From Acidimicrobiia bacterium (GTDB lineage Bacteria > Actinomycetota > Acidimicrobiia > Spongiisociales > ZC4RG35), in contig JBMDXS010000120.1 of the NCBI GenBank assembly GCA_048595045.1, positions 3,736 through 67,735 of the forward strand: a stretch of 64,000 nt of DNA, read 5' to 3'. Position numbers and translations under genes: made by a program. Within the stretch, counting starts at the first letter, position 1, and each line of letters starts with the position of its first letter. Shown one piece after another: positions 27,664 through 36,563 of the stretch. Under the pieces are notes generated by a model. That model was not told where the DNA came from and did not search any database. It was given only the letters and a program-made list of their open reading frames with translations.

Positions 27664-28790
27664 GCCGGCACCTCGAGACGAACCGTCGCACCTCGGCCCG
27701 GGGCGGAGTCGATGGTCAGGCGGCCCCCCAGACCCGAGGCGCGGTCCCGCATCGAGGTGAGGCCGAGCCGTTTCCCCCTGAAATTCCGGGCCTGCGGCTC
27801 GAACCCTTGCCCATCGTCGCTGATGGTCACGGCGAGACCATCGCCGTTGGCAACGGAGACCGTCACGTTGTCCGCCTGGGAGTGGCGTACTGCGTTGGTG
27901 AGGGCCTCTTGCACGATGCGGAACACTTCGTGCTCTGCCCGGCCCTCCAGACCCGGCTCTCCATCGGCGAGCACCTCTATCTCGATGTGATGGACACGGC
28001 TGAGCAGGTCGGCGAGGCTCCGGATCGCCGGGACCAGGCCATCTCGCTCCACATCGGGTGTCCTCAGGCCATCCACCACCGCCCTCAGCTCCGTCATCGC
28101 CTGCCGGGAGAGAAGTGCGATCTCGTTCAGCTCCTCGGCGGCCCGGCCCGGGTCGGTGGCGATATGGCGCGCCGCGGCCCGGGCGGTCAGGCTGAGGCTG
28201 AAGAGGGATTGGTTGAGGGCGTCATGCAGTTCCCGCGCCAACCGTTCCCGCTCCTCGGACATGGCGAGGGATCGAGAGTCCTCGAACATCCCGGCCGCTT
28301 CAATGGCGGCGGCCGCGTGCGAGGCGAGGAGGGCGATCCCGGCCTGATCCTCGTCGGTGAACTCGGCCGCCCCCATCTTATCGGTCAGATAGAAGGCACC
28401 GACCACCTCTCCTTCGCTGACGATCGGGACCCCCAGGAACGAGCTCATCGGGGGGTGGGCCCGGGGCCACCACCCCCGGAATCGCCGGTCCTTCTTGATG
28501 TCGGGGAGACGCACGGGCTCGGGGTCGTGCAACATGACATCGAGCATCCCGTGGGTCCGGGGGAGTGGTCCCATTTCCGCGACCAACTCGTCGCTCATGC
28601 CGACATGGATGAATGCAGCGAAGGCGTCACCCTCCGGCTCGGGTATCCCGATGGCCGCGTAGGAGGCTCCGGAGATGTCTTTGGCGGCCTCCGCCAACCT
28701 GGTCAGCACGTCTTTGAGAGATCTTCCTGAGGCCACCGCCTCGGTGATCGCGGCCAGGATCACTTCCGCCGTGCTCTGCGAGGTGTCCAC
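27660..28790 (-). CDS. GAF-domain sensor histidine kinase (HisKA_3 type)
   Basis: 376-aa cytoplasmic ORF. GAF-like N-terminal half, H-box ARELHDALNQSLFSL, and an ATPase region (NAVRHS, DDGQGF, GLTSMRDRA). 4-nt overlap with the regulator. Confidence 0.85.
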   Translation of the reverse strand: MDTSQSTAEVILAAITEAVASGRSLKDVLTRLAEAAKDISGASYAAIGIPEPEGDAFAAFIHVGMSDELVAEMGPLPRTHGMLDVMLHDPEPVRLPDIKKDRRFRGWWPRAHPPMSSFLGVPIVSEGEVVGAFYLTDKMGAAEFTDEDQAGIALLASHAAAAIEAAGMFEDSRSLAMSEERERLARELHDALNQSLFSLSLTARAAARHIATDPGRAAEELNEIALLSRQAMTELRAVVDGLRTPDVERDGLVPAIRSLADLLSRVHHIEIEVLADGEPGLEGRAEHEVFRIVQEALTNAVRHSQADNVTVSVANGDGLAVTISDDGQGFEPQARNFRGKRLGLTSMRDRASGLGGRLTIDSAPGRGATVRLEVPA

Positions 28791-28799
28791 TTTCGAAGG

Positions 28800-29270
28800 C
28801 TACCGGCCCCCTGGCCCGGGCCCACTTGCCGTCTTCCCTGTGTGCGCCCTCTCCGCCTCTTCGAGTGAGTGTGACTCGGTGAGGTCCCGATCACGCCGGG
28901 CGAGCTCCACCAGCTGGCGGTAGTACCCATGGAGGATGTCGAGGTCGTCCTCGGTCAGGGCTTCGACGTCGATGAGCCGGTTGCTTGCCCCCTTGGTGGC
29001 TGCAACCAGCTCGTTGAGCTTCAGCTCCATGGCCTTGCTGTCCTTGTTCTGGGTCTGCTGGATCAGGAACACCATCAGGAACGTGACGATGGTCGTCCCG
29101 GTGTTGATCACCAGCTGCCATGTGTCACCGAACCCGAAGACGGGGCCGGTCACCGCCCATACGACGATCACGACCAGGGCGATGAGAAAAGCCCACGGTC
29201 GCCCGACGGCATGCGTCACCCGCTGTGAGAACCCCTCGAACCGCTCGGTGAGCCCTTCACTTCTTGCCAT
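28800..29270 (-). CDS. low-affinity iron permease family membrane protein
   Basis: Track ORF 28800..29309 trimmed to ATG 29270, which follows GAGGAGG. GRPWAFLIALVVIVVWAVTGP...WQLVINTGTTIVTFLMVFLIQQTQNKD. Confidence 0.7.
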   Translation of the reverse strand: MARSEGLTERFEGFSQRVTHAVGRPWAFLIALVVIVVWAVTGPVFGFGDTWQLVINTGTTIVTFLMVFLIQQTQNKDSKAMELKLNELVAATKGASNRLIDVEALTEDDLDILHGYYRQLVELARRDRDLTESHSLEEAERAHTGKTASGPGPGGR

Positions 29271-29305
29271 GGCGCCTCCTCGGTCGTTCGTGACAGAGTC
29301 ACTCA

Positions 29306-29328
29306 ACACCCGGCGCGAGGCCGGGTGT
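29306..29328 (-). terminator. hairpin between the ABC permease stop and the iron-permease gene
   Basis: 9-bp stem ACACCCGGC / GCCGGGTGT with a 5-nt loop and no clear U-tract. Confidence 0.35.
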
Positions 29329-29367
29329 CGACTCCGGAGGGACCATGCGATCCAGGTGGGTTCCTGC

Positions 29368-30171
29368 TCAGCGGCGAGCGGCTCGCTTGTACTGGCGAAT
29401 CGAGAGCGGTGCGAAGATGGCGATGAAGATCACCACCCAGATCAGGGTGTACAGGATCGGGTTCTGCAGGGACCACACGGTCGGCTCGGGCGTCCCGGGC
29501 GGGATGTTGCCGAACAACTCCCTCGCCGCCTGGGTCACCGCCGACACCGGGTTCCACTCTGCGAACGTCTGCAGGGCAGACGGCATCGTCTCGAGGGGCA
29601 CGAAGGTGTTCGCCACGAAGGTGAGCGGGAAGATCACCATGAACGAGGCGTTGTTGATCACCTCGACGCTCGGGACCAGCAGCCCGATGTAGGCCATGAT
29701 CCAAGAGATCGAGTAGGCGAACAGAAGGAGCAGGCCGAACCCGGCCGCCGCCTCCCAGAACGAGGTCCTGATCGCCCATCCGACCAGAAGCCCGGTGAGG
29801 GACATGATGGTGATGGAGAGGGCGTTGTAGATGATGTCGCTCGAGGTTCGCCCGACCAGCACCGCCGACCTCGACATGGGGAGCGACCGGAACCGGTCGA
29901 TGATCCCCTTCTGCATGTCGTCGGCCAGCCCGGCGCCGGTGAAGGTGGCCCCGAAGACCACGGTCTGGGCCAGGATCCCGGCGATGAGGAACTCCCGGTA
30001 GGACCCTCCGGCCACGTCTATCGCCCCTCCGAACACGAAGGCGAAGAGGAGGACGAACATGATCGGGGAGAGCAGGACGAAAACCAGGATCTCGGGGACC
30101 CGTTTGATCTTGATCACATTCCGCTTGGCGACGACTGCCCCATCGCCCAGCGCGGTCATCAACTGGCTCAT
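29368..30171 (-). CDS. ABC-2 type exporter permease (DrrB-like)
   Basis: 267-aa ORF with six hydrophobic helices. 4-nt overlap with the ATPase gene. Confidence 0.8.
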   Translation of the reverse strand: MSQLMTALGDGAVVAKRNVIKIKRVPEILVFVLLSPIMFVLLFAFVFGGAIDVAGGSYREFLIAGILAQTVVFGATFTGAGLADDMQKGIIDRFRSLPMSRSAVLVGRTSSDIIYNALSITIMSLTGLLVGWAIRTSFWEAAAGFGLLLLFAYSISWIMAYIGLLVPSVEVINNASFMVIFPLTFVANTFVPLETMPSALQTFAEWNPVSAVTQAARELFGNIPPGTPEPTVWSLQNPILYTLIWVVIFIAIFAPLSIRQYKRAARR

Positions 30172-31178
30172 CGACTTGCCTCCTCCAACTCTTCGGGCCG
30201 GCTGGCGCGTCTGCCGCCGTTCCCGGCGGCCGTTTCCTCCTCCGCAACGTGCCCGGTGAGACTCAGGAACACGTCGTCGAGGGTGGGACGACGCAGGCCG
30301 ACATCCTGGACGATTACTCCTCTTGCGTCGAGGTCACGCAACGCCTGGGTCAGGGTGCTCGCGCCACCGGCGATGGGGGCGGTGAGACCGCGGCTGTGGT
30401 GGTCGATGCGGATCTCGCCCACCGCGAAGGTGGTCAGGATCTCGTGGGCGGTGTCCACGTGGTTCAGCTCCGAGACGGTCACCTCGATTCGCTCGCCACC
30501 CACCTGGGTCTTGAGCTGGTCGGAGCTGCCATGGGCGATCTCATGCCCGTGGTCGATCACGACGATGTCGTCGGCGAGCTGGTCTGCCTCCTCCAGGTAC
30601 TGGGTGGTGAGGAGGAGCGTGGCACCCTCGGTCACCAGGTCACGGATGACCTCCCAGAGGTCCACCCGGCTTCGGGGGTCGAGACCGGAGGAGGGCTCGT
30701 CCAGGAACAGAACCGGAGGCTCGGCCACGATGGCGCCGGCCAGGTCGAGCCGGCGGCGCATCCCCCCGGAGTAGGTCTTCACCGGGCGATCGCCGGCTTC
30801 GGTCAGGTCGAAGATCTCCAGGAGCTCACGAGCCCGCTCCCGGGAACGGGTCTTACCGAGGTGATAGAGCCGGCCGATCATGTCCAGGTTCTCGAACCCG
30901 GTCAGATGCTCGTCTACGGCGGCGTACTGCCCGGACAAGCCGATGAGGCGACGCACGCCCTTGGGGTCCTTGCGCACGTCCTTCCCGGCGACGGTGGCCT
31001 GGCCCTCGTCGGGCTCGAGCAGGGTGGAGAGAATCGACACGGCGGTCGTCTTGCCCGCCCCATTGGGGCCGAGCAAGCCAAGCACGGTGCCCTCCGGCAC
31101 TTCGAGATCGAGGCCGGCCAGCGCGGTCACATCCTTGTACCGCTTGACCAGACCCGACGCCTCGATGACGTTGGTCAT
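30168..31178 (-). CDS. ABC transporter ATP-binding protein (DrrA-like)
   Basis: 336-aa ORF. Walker A GPNGAGKTT, signature YSGGMRRRLDLA, Walker B VLFLDEPSSGLD. Confidence 0.9.
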   Translation of the reverse strand: MTNVIEASGLVKRYKDVTALAGLDLEVPEGTVLGLLGPNGAGKTTAVSILSTLLEPDEGQATVAGKDVRKDPKGVRRLIGLSGQYAAVDEHLTGFENLDMIGRLYHLGKTRSRERARELLEIFDLTEAGDRPVKTYSGGMRRRLDLAGAIVAEPPVLFLDEPSSGLDPRSRVDLWEVIRDLVTEGATLLLTTQYLEEADQLADDIVVIDHGHEIAHGSSDQLKTQVGGERIEVTVSELNHVDTAHEILTTFAVGEIRIDHHSRGLTAPIAGGASTLTQALRDLDARGVIVQDVGLRRPTLDDVFLSLTGHVAEEETAAGNGGRRASRPEELEEASR

Positions 31179-31564
31179 TTGTTCTCCTCTTGCTTTGGGG
31201 ATCTCACTACATCAGACCTCTGACGGATCCAGAACTCATCGGTCCTGGGGACGAGAAGCGGTCCGTCTCGGGGACGATCGAAGTACTCGCGCCGCTGGGG
31301 ATCTGTCTGAGAAATGTATCGGCTAATGCGGACAGTTTCGGTCCGCAATCCCGAGGTGGGGCCTCGGCACGATAGGCGTCAACCGATGACGGTGCGACGG
31401 TATTTCTGATGAGATACCCGTTCCCGTCCCCCGGGGGTGGCTCAGGAGGTGGCCACGTCCGGTCGGTGATCTCCTATCCCGGGAATCATGGCTCACCTGG
31501 CCCAGGAGCCGATGGGGCTCCCCGCCCGGGTTGCGCCTCGCCATTCCGGGGTAGTTTCGTGCCC

Positions 31565-32308
31565 ATGTGTTACAACGGAGACTCGACGCCGCCGATCGAC
31601 CCGATCGACGGCGGCTCCTCTGGTCAGGACCTGGTACTGACGGCGTCGGATGGCAACAAGTTGGCCGCATTCGCAGCCTCCAGCACCGAGAGCAAGGGCC
31701 CCGGCATCGTGATCCTCCCCGATGTCCGCGGTCTTCATCATTTCTACGAGGAGCTAGCACTCCGCTTCGCCGAGCACGGGTATGACGCGGTGGCCCTCGA
31801 CTATTTCGGTCGAACGGCCGGAGTCGGCAAGAGGGACGATGAGTTTCCCTACAAGGAGCATGTGCCCCTCACCACCCTGGAAGGCGTCACCGCAGACACG
31901 TCGGCCGCCATCGCCCATTTGAGGGACCAGGACCCGACGCGTCCGGTGTTCACTCTTGGCTTCTGCTTCGGCGGCTCCAACTCCTGGCATCAGGCTGCGG
32001 CCGGTCATGGGCTGGCCGGGGCGATCGGCTTCTATGGGAACCCCCGACGGCCTCCGGCCGGGCCGATCGAGTTCGTGGACCGGTTCGCTTGTCCCATCCT
32101 TGCGCTCATGGCGGGAAACGACCCCGGTATCCCTGGCGAGGTGGTCGACGAGTTCCGGGAGGCATTGGACCGGGCCGACGTCGAGCACGAAGTGGTGGTG
32201 TACTCCGACGCACCACATTCCTTCTTCGACCGAAAGCAGGAGAGTTTCAGCCGCGAGTCGGCGGATGCATGGGAACGGGTCTTGGAGTTCATCGAACAGC
32301 ACGGCTGA
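31565..32308 (+). CDS. dienelactone hydrolase family protein
   Basis: Track ORF 31409..32308 trimmed to ATG 31565 (MCYNGDSTPPIDPI...). GIVILPDVRGLHHFYEELALRFAEHGY and the nucleophile elbow GFCFGG. Confidence 0.75.
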   Translation: MCYNGDSTPPIDPIDGGSSGQDLVLTASDGNKLAAFAASSTESKGPGIVILPDVRGLHHFYEELALRFAEHGYDAVALDYFGRTAGVGKRDDEFPYKEHVPLTTLEGVTADTSAAIAHLRDQDPTRPVFTLGFCFGGSNSWHQAAAGHGLAGAIGFYGNPRRPPAGPIEFVDRFACPILALMAGNDPGIPGEVVDEFREALDRADVEHEVVVYSDAPHSFFDRKQESFSRESADAWERVLEFIEQHG

Positions 32309-32333
32309 CCCCGGGTTCTTAACATCGATCGAG

Positions 32334-34955
32334 ATGATCCAGCCTCCCGGCAGCCCGCTTCCCGCAGGGACGGTCACTTTCCTGTTCATGGACATCGAGG
32401 GCTCGACCGGGCTCCTCGAACAGCTGGGAGACGCCTATCCCGGGCTGCTCGGTGAGTACAGGAATCTGACCGAGGAGATCGTCCGCTCCCACAACGGGAC
32501 TGTGTTCGGTGCGGAGGGGGATGGTCTGTTCGCCGCGTTCACCGAGGCCGGCGAGGCGGTTTCCTCTGCGATCGACGCCCAGCGGGGCTTCGAGGCGACG
32601 GCCTGGCCCGGGGCCGTCAATGTCAGGGTCCGCATGGGGATCCATACCGGGGCCCCCACGTTGATCGGCGATGACTACACCGGGATCGACGTCCATCGGA
32701 CAGCCCGGATCATGGCTGCGGCCTGGGGGGGCCAGGTCCTCCTTTCGGAGGCGACCCACTCTCTGATCTCCGACCTGGGTCTGGAAAGCCGCGAGCTCGG
32801 CCTCTTTTCCATGAAGGGGCTGAGCCGATCCGAGCGGCTCTATCAGCTCGAGGCGACCGATCTCCCATCCGGGTTCCCCCCGGTCAGGGCACGCCCGCAG
32901 GAGGCTCATCTCCCCAACAATCTCACCGACCTCATCGGGCGGGAGGAGGAGATCGAGGCGGTGATGGAACTCCTCCGAGTCGGCACCCGACTGGTGACCC
33001 TCACCGGGCCCGGCGGAGTAGGCAAGAGTCGTTTGGCGATCGCCGTTGCGGGCCGGCTCGGCTCGCGATTCGCTGATGGGATCGGGTATGTCGACCTCTC
33101 CAACTACGCCGATGCAACCCGCGTCGCCACTGCGATCGCGGAGCAACTCGGTCTCCCCACCGATCCGACCCACCCGGGGTTCGATTCCCTCTCCGATCAC
33201 CTCGCCCCAATGGAATCGCTCCTGGTACTCGACGGCTTCGAAAGGGTTTCCGACGCCGCCGTGGGTGTCGCCGACCTCCTGGCGCAGTGCCCCCACCTCA
33301 CCATCCTGGTCACCAGCAGAGGGGCGTTACGCATTGCAGCCGAGCACGAGTTCCGGGTGGAACCGCTGGGGTGGCCTGCTGACGGCGCTCCGCACGACGA
33401 GATTGCCGCTTCCCCCGCCGTTCGGCTCTTCGTCGCCCGGGCCCGAGCAGTCCGGACGGATTTCATGCTGACCCCGGAGAACTCGGGTGTGGTCCGGGAT
33501 CTGGTTGCCCGGCTTGAGGGCAGTCCACTGTCGATCGAGCTGGCGGCAGCCCGAGCCCGGCTCCTCCCGCCGGAGGGCATCCTGGAGAGCCTGCGCGGGA
33601 TGCTCGATCTCGCGACCACATCTCCGGCACTGCCCTGGCGCCAGCAGAGCCTTCGGGCGACCATCGAGTGGAGTCACGGGCTCCTGTCCACCGCGGATCA
33701 GACTCTGTTTCGCCGGCTTGCTGTCTTCGTCGACGGTTGGACGCTGGACGCGGCCGAGGCAGTGGTTGGGGATGACGCGCCCGATGTTTTCCTGGGGTTG
33801 GAGAACCTGGCGGCCCAGAGCATGGTCTTGGTGGAGGGCGATGGCAGGATGAGCATGGCCAGCGCAATGCGAGAGTTCGCCGTGGAGCGCCTGGCCGAGG
33901 ACCATGACGAGGAGCAGACCCGGCTCCGTCACGCCGAGCATTTCGCCTCCGTCCTGCTCCGCGCCGAACCGATGATGCGGGGCCCGCGCCAGCGGGAGAC
34001 GGTCATCGATCTCTCGCGCGACTGGCCCAACATCTCAGCCGCCGGCGAATGGGCCCTCGAGGCGGATCGGATCGAGTTGGCGGCGGCTCTCTACGCCAAC
34101 TCCTGGATCCTCCTATGGCAGGGCGACCATTGGCTGGGCATGGAGTCGTACACGGAACGTCTCATCGCAGAGAGTGACCGTCTCGACCCTCATCTCAGGG
34201 CGTTCATCTATTTCGTCGCCTCCGGCTATCGGATGGAGATAGGCGACTGGTCGAAGGCAATGGGCCTGGCCCGCACCGCCATCGAGCTGGCCTCGACCGT
34301 GGAAGACCGCGAAACCGAGGCGTGGGGGCGTCTGATGCTGGCGGGCTCTCTGCAGTTCTCCGATCCACTCGACGTGGAGTCTCGCAGTCAGATCGAGGAG
34401 GCTGTCCATCTGGCCCGCACTCTCGACGACCCTTTCCTCCTCGGTTACGCCCTCAGCTTCCAGGCGGGGAGGGCGACCCTGGATGGGGACCTGGTAGCCG
34501 GGTTGGCGTATCACGAGGAGGTGCTCGAGATCGCCAAGGAGCTCGACATCGTCTCCCTGATGTCACAGACCTACAGCCAGGCGGCGATGACCTATTTGAC
34601 CGCAGGGGACGTGGGGCGGGCGAGGAAGAAGCTCGAAGACGGGGTGGAGCTACTCGACCGCATCCGGAGTCAGGAAGCCCTGGCGATCTTCCTCGATGCA
34701 GTGGCGTGGCTGGCCTTCGCCGAGAACGATCCGGTACGTGCCATGACTGCACTGGGGGCAGCCAACGAGGCGAGGTCGAAAGTCGGCTTGACCCGCTGGG
34801 CCCTGCTCGCCGGGCTCCTCGACGCGGCCGGGGTGGCGGCGGAGACGGAGCAGCCCGAGCTGGCCGAGGCTCGGAGCGCCGGGGCCGAGATGACGCCCCG
34901 GGACGCCATCGTCTATGCCCTTCAGCCTCATCACGAACTGGCCCTGACACGCTGA
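32334..34955 (+). CDS. class III adenylate/guanylate cyclase fused to a STAND (NB-ARC-like) ATPase and TPR-like repeats
   Basis: Track ORF 31956..34955 trimmed to ATG 32334 (MIQPPGSPLPAGTVTFLFMDIEGST). GDGLFAAF and MGIHTGAP. Walker A LTGPGGVGKSRLA. Long helical repeat C-terminus with no recognisable HTH at the end. Confidence 0.8.
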   Translation: MIQPPGSPLPAGTVTFLFMDIEGSTGLLEQLGDAYPGLLGEYRNLTEEIVRSHNGTVFGAEGDGLFAAFTEAGEAVSSAIDAQRGFEATAWPGAVNVRVRMGIHTGAPTLIGDDYTGIDVHRTARIMAAAWGGQVLLSEATHSLISDLGLESRELGLFSMKGLSRSERLYQLEATDLPSGFPPVRARPQEAHLPNNLTDLIGREEEIEAVMELLRVGTRLVTLTGPGGVGKSRLAIAVAGRLGSRFADGIGYVDLSNYADATRVATAIAEQLGLPTDPTHPGFDSLSDHLAPMESLLVLDGFERVSDAAVGVADLLAQCPHLTILVTSRGALRIAAEHEFRVEPLGWPADGAPHDEIAASPAVRLFVARARAVRTDFMLTPENSGVVRDLVARLEGSPLSIELAAARARLLPPEGILESLRGMLDLATTSPALPWRQQSLRATIEWSHGLLSTADQTLFRRLAVFVDGWTLDAAEAVVGDDAPDVFLGLENLAAQSMVLVEGDGRMSMASAMREFAVERLAEDHDEEQTRLRHAEHFASVLLRAEPMMRGPRQRETVIDLSRDWPNISAAGEWALEADRIELAAALYANSWILLWQGDHWLGMESYTERLIAESDRLDPHLRAFIYFVASGYRMEIGDWSKAMGLARTAIELASTVEDRETEAWGRLMLAGSLQFSDPLDVESRSQIEEAVHLARTLDDPFLLGYALSFQAGRATLDGDLVAGLAYHEEVLEIAKELDIVSLMSQTYSQAAMTYLTAGDVGRARKKLEDGVELLDRIRSQEALAIFLDAVAWLAFAENDPVRAMTALGAANEARSKVGLTRWALLAGLLDAAGVAAETEQPELAEARSAGAEMTPRDAIVYALQPHHELALTR

Positions 34956-35126
34956 ATGATGGAACCGGGACTCGCCGACCTCTGGACCTGTCCTCGTTGC
35001 AGGGTGGCCCACTACGGCGGGCGTGACTGGGTCTACTACCTCCGCATCTCCAGTCTGGATGACCTCGACGAGGAGATACAACGCTGGCTGTGCCGCTCCT
35101 ATGAGGTGGGCTGCCAGAGGCCGTGA
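34956..35126 (+). CDS. 56-aa ORF below the track threshold, either a small CxxC protein or a remnant of a DUF5655-like C-terminus
   Basis: ATG directly abuts the STAND stop (TGAATG). MMEPGLADLWTCPRCRVAHYGGRDWVYYLRISSLDDLDEEIQRWLCRSYEVGCQRP. About 80 percent G/C at codon position 3, counted by hand. Confidence 0.3.
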   Translation: MMEPGLADLWTCPRCRVAHYGGRDWVYYLRISSLDDLDEEIQRWLCRSYEVGCQRP

Positions 35127-35130
35127 GTAC

Positions 35131-36522
35131 TCAGGCGCCGGCGGGAGGGATGTTCTGGTTGAGACGGAACAGGTTCCCCGGGTCGTAGCGCCGCTTGACT
35201 TCCCGGAGCCGGTCCCAGGTTCCACCTGGATAGGCCTGTCTCACCCTGGCCTCGGCGACATCGCCGAGGAAGTTGACGTAGGCCTCTTCGCCACCCCCGC
35301 TCAGGGTCTTGGCCAAGGTGTCTACCCAGGACTCGTGAGTCGTCCGCTCGGCAGGGTCCGCAAAGGCGGAGGCCACGTTGATCATGATCGGCCGACTGCG
35401 GTGCGCATAGGCGGTTGCGTCGTCGCGCACCCGCGCCACCGCGCCACCCATCACCCTGATCTGGGTGACCGCCATCGGGGCGGTCGACGTCTCCAGTGCT
35501 TCGAGGATCGCATCGCCGTCGGACTTGTCGATGTCGTCGGCGAACAAGTTGCGCACTGCGAAGGTGAACGGTGGCGCCTGTTCCTCTTCCTCTGCCTCGT
35601 AGATCCCGGCATAGGTGCCCGGCTCCACCATGTCGACGATGGGCGTGTCCAGGCCGCGGAAGGGTGCCACGACTTCCTCTCCGGTGTCGACGTCACCTGC
35701 GTAGACGAGGATCGAGAAGAGCACCGGCCGGCCTACCAGGTCCTCGGGGAGGAAGGGCATTGGTGGCGCCTTCATGACGTTGGCGATCGTCGTCAACTCT
35801 TCCGGAGCCGACCCGGCGAGCTCGACGAACGAGGAGATGTTGTCCGCCGTCGCGGGGAGGATCAGCATCCCGCCCACGATCTCGCCCACCTCCTGGAGGC
35901 GGAACAAGAACCCGGTCGCCACTCCGAAGTTCCCGCCTCCTCCCCTGATTGCCCAGAAGAGGTCGGGATGGTTCTCCGAGTCGACCCGTGTCACCTTCCC
36001 ATCGGCGGTCACCAACTCGGCGGCGATCAGTGAGTCGATGGTCAGGCCGAATTTGCGTGACAGGAAGCCCGCTCCACCCCCCAGCGTCAGGCCACCGATC
36101 CCTACCGAGCCCGTGTCGCCGAATCCGACCGCCAGCCCATGGCGGCCGAGAGCACCGGTCAGCTCTCCTGCGGTGAGACCGGTCTGTGCCCAGACTGTCT
36201 TGTTCTCGTCATCTGTGCTCATCCCTTTCATCGCCGACAGATCCAGGACCAGCCCACCATCGGACACCGAGTGCCCGGCGATGCTGTGACCACCGCTGCG
36301 AACGGCCAGCTCGGTCCCCGTGTCCCGGGCGATCGACACGACATATGCGACTTCGTCGGCATCCGTGGGCCGGACGATCGCTGCCGGCTTGCGATCCATG
36401 CCGTAGAAAACCGCCCGTGCTTCGTCATACCCAGAGTCCTCCGGCCCGATCACCTCGCCGGTGAGCACCTGACCTAGCTGAACCACGGACGGTGTCTTCG
36501 GCGTCTGGGACGAATGCTGCAT
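35131..36522 (-). CDS. FAD-linked oxidase (FAD_binding_4 plus BBE-like C-terminus)
   Basis: Track ORF 35131..37575 trimmed to ATG 36522 (MQHSSQTPK...). AVRSGGHSIAGHS and the C-terminal WDRLREVKRRYDPGNLFRLNQNI. Confidence 0.85.
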   Translation of the reverse strand: MQHSSQTPKTPSVVQLGQVLTGEVIGPEDSGYDEARAVFYGMDRKPAAIVRPTDADEVAYVVSIARDTGTELAVRSGGHSIAGHSVSDGGLVLDLSAMKGMSTDDENKTVWAQTGLTAGELTGALGRHGLAVGFGDTGSVGIGGLTLGGGAGFLSRKFGLTIDSLIAAELVTADGKVTRVDSENHPDLFWAIRGGGGNFGVATGFLFRLQEVGEIVGGMLILPATADNISSFVELAGSAPEELTTIANVMKAPPMPFLPEDLVGRPVLFSILVYAGDVDTGEEVVAPFRGLDTPIVDMVEPGTYAGIYEAEEEEQAPPFTFAVRNLFADDIDKSDGDAILEALETSTAPMAVTQIRVMGGAVARVRDDATAYAHRSRPIMINVASAFADPAERTTHESWVDTLAKTLSGGGEEAYVNFLGDVAEARVRQAYPGGTWDRLREVKRRYDPGNLFRLNQNIPPAGA

Positions 36523-36563
36523 GACAATCTCCTTCGAATTCGGGATTCTGACCGCCCGGCTTT

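Noticed and set aside
29303-30247. 314-aa minus-strand ORF overlapping the ABC permease in another frame
   Set aside because: It has an Arg/Pro/Gly-rich composition. The 29368..30171 frame gives a clean six-helix ABC-2 permease.
28936-30774. 612-aa plus-strand ORF
   Set aside because: It is antisense to the iron-permease, ABC permease and ABC ATPase genes, and no motifs were recognised.
31190-31375. 61-aa ORF inside the long non-coding gap
   Set aside because: Hand count gives only about 59 percent G/C at codon position 3, against about 80-90 percent in real genes here. No RBS or motif was seen.
31956-32333. 126-codon N-terminal extension of the cyclase-STAND ORF
   Set aside because: It overlaps the dienelactone hydrolase gene in another frame. 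The cyclase domain starts right after ATG 32334.
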